Of a stretch of 64,000 nt of DNA, positions 60,279 to 64,000 are shown piece by piece (the stretch's first letter is position 1; the number at the start of each line of letters is the position of its first letter). Source of the stretch: Caloramator sp. (GTDB taxonomy: Bacteria > Bacillota > Clostridia > Clostridiales > Caloramatoraceae); NCBI GenBank assembly GCA_026418935.1, contig JAOAAJ010000103.1, positions 1,986 through 65,985 of the forward strand, written 5' to 3'. The position numbers and the translations under genes are program-made. The notes beneath the pieces were generated by a model. It did no database searches and was not told where the DNA came from. It saw only the letters and a list, made by a program, of their open reading frames with translations.

Positions 60279-61289
60279 ATGCAAACGTTACTGGCAACAA
60301 TTTTTGTTTTTGGGTTATTGATAACAAGTCATGAACTTGGTCATTTTGTAACTGCAAAGTTATCAGGAATAAAAGTTCTTGAATTTGCTATAGGTATGGG
60401 ACCTAAAATACTTGGATTTAAAAAGGGAGAAACAAATTATTCTTTAAGGCTTTTCCCTATTGGTGGATATGTAAAAATGTTAGGTGAAGAGGGAGATTCT
60501 AATGACCCAAGAGCCTTTTGTAATCAGAGTCCTTGGATAAGACTTATAGTTATTGTAGCAGGAGCATTTATGAATTTTGTGATAGCTATAATATTATTCG
60601 CTATTATTGCTCTTAATGCAGGGGTTGTAAGGCCAATTATAAGTGAAGTAGAAGAGGGGTTACCTGCATATAATGCGGGAATTAAAGTAAATGATAGAAT
60701 AATTGAGGTTAATAGTAAGAAGGTTAGAACTTGGGAGGATTTTATTTTAGAAATATCAGAAAACAAGGATAAACCAATAGATTTAACAATAAAAAGGGAT
60801 GAAGAAATTAAAAAAATTACTGTGACTCCAGTTTATAGTAAAGACAGAGGCAAATATATAATAGGAATTGTTCCTACTTTACAAAAAGCTGGTATATTAA
60901 CATCAATAGAAGAAGGTTTTAATAAAACAATTTTTACAGTAAAGCAGATGGGTTTATTTTTAGGAAGAGCTCTAAGAGGAAATATTTCATCTGAGGATGT
61001 TGGTGGACCAGTTGCAATTATAAAAATGTCTGGAGAAGCAGCAAAATATGGAATATTAAGTCTTTTATCCTTTGCTGCATTACTTAGTATTAATTTAGGA
61101 GTTTTAAATCTAATACCATTTCCAGCTTTAGATGGTGGATGGGTTATTATATTACTATTTGAAGGAATAACAAGAAAAAAGATAGATGAGAATAAGATTG
61201 GTATTGTTAATTTGATTGGATTTACTATTTTAATACTGTTTGCAATATTTATAACATATAAAGACATACTAAGGTTTAAACTATTATAA
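60279..61289 (+). CDS. rseP: RIP metalloprotease RseP/RasP
   Basis: HELGH, PIGGYVKM, PDZ domain, NLIPFPALDGG. Confidence 0.96.
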   Translation: MQTLLATIFVFGLLITSHELGHFVTAKLSGIKVLEFAIGMGPKILGFKKGETNYSLRLFPIGGYVKMLGEEGDSNDPRAFCNQSPWIRLIVIVAGAFMNFVIAIILFAIIALNAGVVRPIISEVEEGLPAYNAGIKVNDRIIEVNSKKVRTWEDFILEISENKDKPIDLTIKRDEEIKKITVTPVYSKDRGKYIIGIVPTLQKAGILTSIEEGFNKTIFTVKQMGLFLGRALRGNISSEDVGGPVAIIKMSGEAAKYGILSLLSFAALLSINLGVLNLIPFPALDGGWVIILLFEGITRKKIDENKIGIVNLIGFTILILFAIFITYKDILRFKLL

Positions 61290-61306
61290 GTATAGGGTGA
61301 TAAACT

Positions 61307-62356
61307 ATGGATAGAAGAAATACAAAAAAAATAAAAGTGGGAAATATATTTGTTGGAGGGGACAGTCCTATATCTGTTCAGTCTATGACCAATACAGATA
61401 CAAGAGATGTTATTAAAACTGTTGAACAGATAAAGAGACTGCAAAAAGAAGGATGTGAAATAATCAGAGTTGCTGTACCTGATTTTGAAGCAGCAGATGC
61501 TATAAAGGAAATAGTAAAGCAGATAGATATACCATTAGTTGCTGATATACACTTTGACTACAGGTTAGCGATAAAATCTGTTGAAAACGGAGCTAATGCA
61601 TTAAGAATAAATCCAGGAAATATAGGAAGTGAAACAAGAATAAAAGAAGTTGTAGATGCAGCAAAATTTTATGCTGTACCTATACGAGTTGGGGTTAATT
61701 CTGGTTCGCTTGAAAAGGACATATTAGAAAAGTATAAGAGACCTTGTCCAGAAGCACTTGTGGAAAGTGCCATGAGAAATGTTGAGATACTCGAAAAATA
61801 TGGATTTACTGATATAGTAATTTCTGTTAAGTCATCAAATGTAAAAGAGACGGTGGAAAGTTATAGGCTTCTATCGAAAAATACTGATTACCCTCTTCAT
61901 TTAGGTGTTACAGAGGCAGGAACTATATATAGTGGAACAGTAAAATCTTCTATAGGTATAGGAGCTCTTTTATTAGATGGTATTGGAGATACTATAAGAG
62001 TTTCATTAACAGATGATCCCGTTGAAGAGATAAAACTTGGAAAAGAGATATTACAGGCTTGCGGAGTAAGACGATTTGGTGTTGAAATAATCTCATGTCC
62101 AACATGCGGAAGAACTTCAATTGATTTAATAGGTCTTGCAAAGAAAGTAGAAGAAGAACTAAAAAATATTAATAAACCTATTAAAGTTGCCGTAATGGGT
62201 TGTGTTGTTAATGGACCAGGAGAGGCAAAAGAAGCAGATATTGGCATAGCAGGAGGAATAAAAGAAGCTTTAATATTTAAAAAAGGTAAAATAATTAAGA
62301 AGGTAAGTGAAGAAAATATTATTAGTGAATTAATAGAAGAAATTAATAAACTATAA
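61307..62356 (+). CDS. ispG: (E)-4-hydroxy-3-methylbut-2-enyl-diphosphate synthase
   Basis: VQSMTNT, ADIHF, RINPGN, HLGVTEAG, SCPTCGR, VMGCVVNGPGE. Confidence 0.98.
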   Translation: MDRRNTKKIKVGNIFVGGDSPISVQSMTNTDTRDVIKTVEQIKRLQKEGCEIIRVAVPDFEAADAIKEIVKQIDIPLVADIHFDYRLAIKSVENGANALRINPGNIGSETRIKEVVDAAKFYAVPIRVGVNSGSLEKDILEKYKRPCPEALVESAMRNVEILEKYGFTDIVISVKSSNVKETVESYRLLSKNTDYPLHLGVTEAGTIYSGTVKSSIGIGALLLDGIGDTIRVSLTDDPVEEIKLGKEILQACGVRRFGVEIISCPTCGRTSIDLIGLAKKVEEELKNINKPIKVAVMGCVVNGPGEAKEADIGIAGGIKEALIFKKGKIIKKVSEENIISELIEEINKL

Positions 62357-62378
62357 AAGTTACTAAGGGGGAATTTAA

Positions 62379-63005
62379 GTGAGTATTGATTGTATTATTC
62401 CTGCTTATAATGAGGAAAAAACTGTTGGGGAAGTTATTGATGTTGTTAAAAAGGTAGATTGTATTAGAAATATAATTGTAGTAAATGATGGTTCTAATGA
62501 TAATACATCATTAGTTGCAAATAGTAAGGGTGTAAAGGTTATTGATAATGTTAAGAATATGGGAAAGGGTGCGGCTATTAAAATCGGTCTTGAAAATACA
62601 GATGCAGATATTATCTTATTATTAGATGCTGATTTAATAGGTCTTACACCAAGCCATATTTTTGGTTTATTAAATCCTGTTTTAAATAATGAAGCTGATA
62701 TGTCTGTAGGTATATTTTCAAGTGGAAGACTTGCAACTGATTTAGCACAATTTGTTGCTCCAAACCTATCAGGGCAAAGAGCATTGAAAAGATATGTTTT
62801 AGATACAATGAATAATATGGATATTACTAAATATGGAGTTGAAGTTGCTTTAACTAAACATGTACAAAGGATGAAATATAAAGTAAAGAATGTTGAGATG
62901 AAGGATATGACACATATAATGAAGGAAGAAAAATTAGGGTTTATCAAAGGGTTTAAAGCCAGATTGAAGATGTATTACGATATATTAAAGTCTCTAAGGA
63001 CATAA
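62379..63005 (+). CDS. Soluble family-2 glycosyltransferase (GTG start)
   Basis: IIPAYNEE, NDGSNDNT, GKGAA, DAD, LSGQRA, YGVEVAL; no TM segment. Confidence 0.88.
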   Translation: MSIDCIIPAYNEEKTVGEVIDVVKKVDCIRNIIVVNDGSNDNTSLVANSKGVKVIDNVKNMGKGAAIKIGLENTDADIILLLDADLIGLTPSHIFGLLNPVLNNEADMSVGIFSSGRLATDLAQFVAPNLSGQRALKRYVLDTMNNMDITKYGVEVALTKHVQRMKYKVKNVEMKDMTHIMKEEKLGFIKGFKARLKMYYDILKSLRT

Positions 63006-63020
63006 ATAGGAGGTTTAATA

Positions 63021-64000
63021 ATGTCCAAAGCATTAAGTGAAGTTCTGGTTGATGTAAATGGATTAAATAATAGTGAAATATTGGATAAGTTATTTATAGA
63101 GAAGGTAATTGTTGATAAAAAAACTAAAAAATATGAGGTATTTTTAAAATCATATGTTGAGACTAATCAGGATATTAAATCAAAACTTATTGATGCTTTT
63201 AGAAATAAGTTGAAGTTAGATAGTAATTTAGAACTATATATAGATTATATTAATAATGAGATAGGTTCCCAGCAAATAAATGAAGAGATTTTTAGAAACA
63301 TATTGAGGGATATTTTAAAACAATATCCCTCAATATGTTCTGTTTTAACATGTAGTAAGATTAAAATAGATAATGATAATATTGATTTTAATATAGATAA
63401 TGAGTTTACAGTAAATATGCTAAAAAGTAGACAAATTGATAAACTGATAAAAAAGGATTTATACAATATTTATAATAAAAATTTCAGTATACAATTCCAG
63501 TATAATGAATTGATAATAGATGATTATAATAAATTAAAATATGACGAAGACAATAAACTTATAAATCAATATATACAGGAAGTTAGAGAAAAAAGTGTAC
63601 CTTTAAAGAATGAATCAGAAGGTAAAAATGTCAATAGTAATAATGATAGCCCTTATATTTATGGAAAACCTATTAAGGCTGATAATGCTAAGATAATTTC
63701 TATCACAGAAACATCTGGGATAGTAGAAATTGAGGGAGAGGTATTTAAAGTAGATATAAAAGAGACTAAAAACGGAAAATATATTATGTCATTCTTCATT
63801 ACAGACTATACAAGTTCAATAACAGTTAAATTATTTCCAAAGCCTGAAAAAATTGATGAAATAAAATCACAAATCACTGAAGGAAGTTATTTAAAGGTTA
63901 TTGGTGAAGCAACATACGATAATTATGCAAATGAAATAGTTATAATGGCTAAGTTTATAGATAAAAAGGAAAAAGTGGTGAGATTAGATACCTGTGAAGA
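63021..64000 (+). CDS. polC: DNA polymerase III PolC-type alpha subunit (3'-truncated; not in ORF track)
   Basis: AGGAGG RBS, open frame MSKALSEVL... to the window end; OB-fold segment EGEVFKVDIKETKNGKYIMSFFITDYTSSITVKLF. Confidence 0.92.
   Translation, partial: MSKALSEVLVDVNGLNNSEILDKLFIEKVIVDKKTKKYEVFLKSYVETNQDIKSKLIDAFRNKLKLDSNLELYIDYINNEIGSQQINEEIFRNILRDILKQYPSICSVLTCSKIKIDNDNIDFNIDNEFTVNMLKSRQIDKLIKKDLYNIYNKNFSIQFQYNELIIDDYNKLKYDEDNKLINQYIQEVREKSVPLKNESEGKNVNSNNDSPYIYGKPIKADNAKIISITETSGIVEIEGEVFKVDIKETKNGKYIMSFFITDYTSSITVKLFPKPEKIDEIKSQITEGSYLKVIGEATYDNYANEIVIMAKFIDKKEKVVRLDTCE

Noticed and set aside
1024-63466. About 45 opposite-strand or alternate-frame ORFs in the track (e.g. 31019-31600, 43379-43894, 50307-50858, 60833-61444, 62405-62947)
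   Set aside because: They shadow well-conserved genes, show the Ser/Ile/Phe/Leu-rich composition expected from antisense reading, and have no recognisable motifs
1-64000. CRISPR arrays, tRNA/rRNA genes, IS elements, prophage or integrase genes
   Set aside because: No regularly spaced repeats, cloverleaf or rRNA signatures, or transposase/integrase motifs were seen; every intergenic gap is under about 230 nt

Overview
Core-genome segment of a low-GC, spore-forming Clostridia (inference: Clostridiaceae-like, from gene order and the ssp/spoVS/ylbJ sporulation genes). It holds about 72 CDSs, nearly all on the + strand, in the conserved Firmicute order: dapF-dapL-yicC-remA-gmk-rpoZ-coaBC-priA-def-fmt-rsmB-rlmN-prpC-prkC-rsgA-rpe-thiN / rpmB / asp23-fakA-recG-ssp-gdhA-rsmD-coaD / ylbJ / patatin / tmcAL / pta-ackA-DUF177-rpmF-plsX-acpP-rnc-radical SAM-spoVS-smc-ftsY-ylxM-ffh-rpsP-khpA-rimM-trmD-rplS-rbgA-rnhB-yraN-comM-dprA-topA-hslVU-codY-rpsB-tsf-pyrH-frr-uppS-cdsA-ytvI-like-dxr-rseP-ispG-GT2-polC (truncated). 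I found no rRNA, tRNA, CRISPR, prophage or IS element. The most notable observations are in intergenic DNA: (1) one 22-bp dyad (TGTnAAGT-N6-ACTTnACA, 19/22 identical) overlapping the -35 boxes of both the ylxM-ffh promoter and the divergent rpmB/asp23-fakA promoters, a candidate operator; (2) two small paralogous membrane-protein ORFs, missing from the ORF track, at the position occupied by spoVM in Bacillus subtilis; (3) a 24-bp hairpin directly upstream of rnc, a candidate RNase III autoregulatory site; (4) sigma-H-type promoters before spoVS and pyrH-frr, and a perfect Spo0A box at the hslVU-codY promoter. All motif calls were made by eye; no searches were run.
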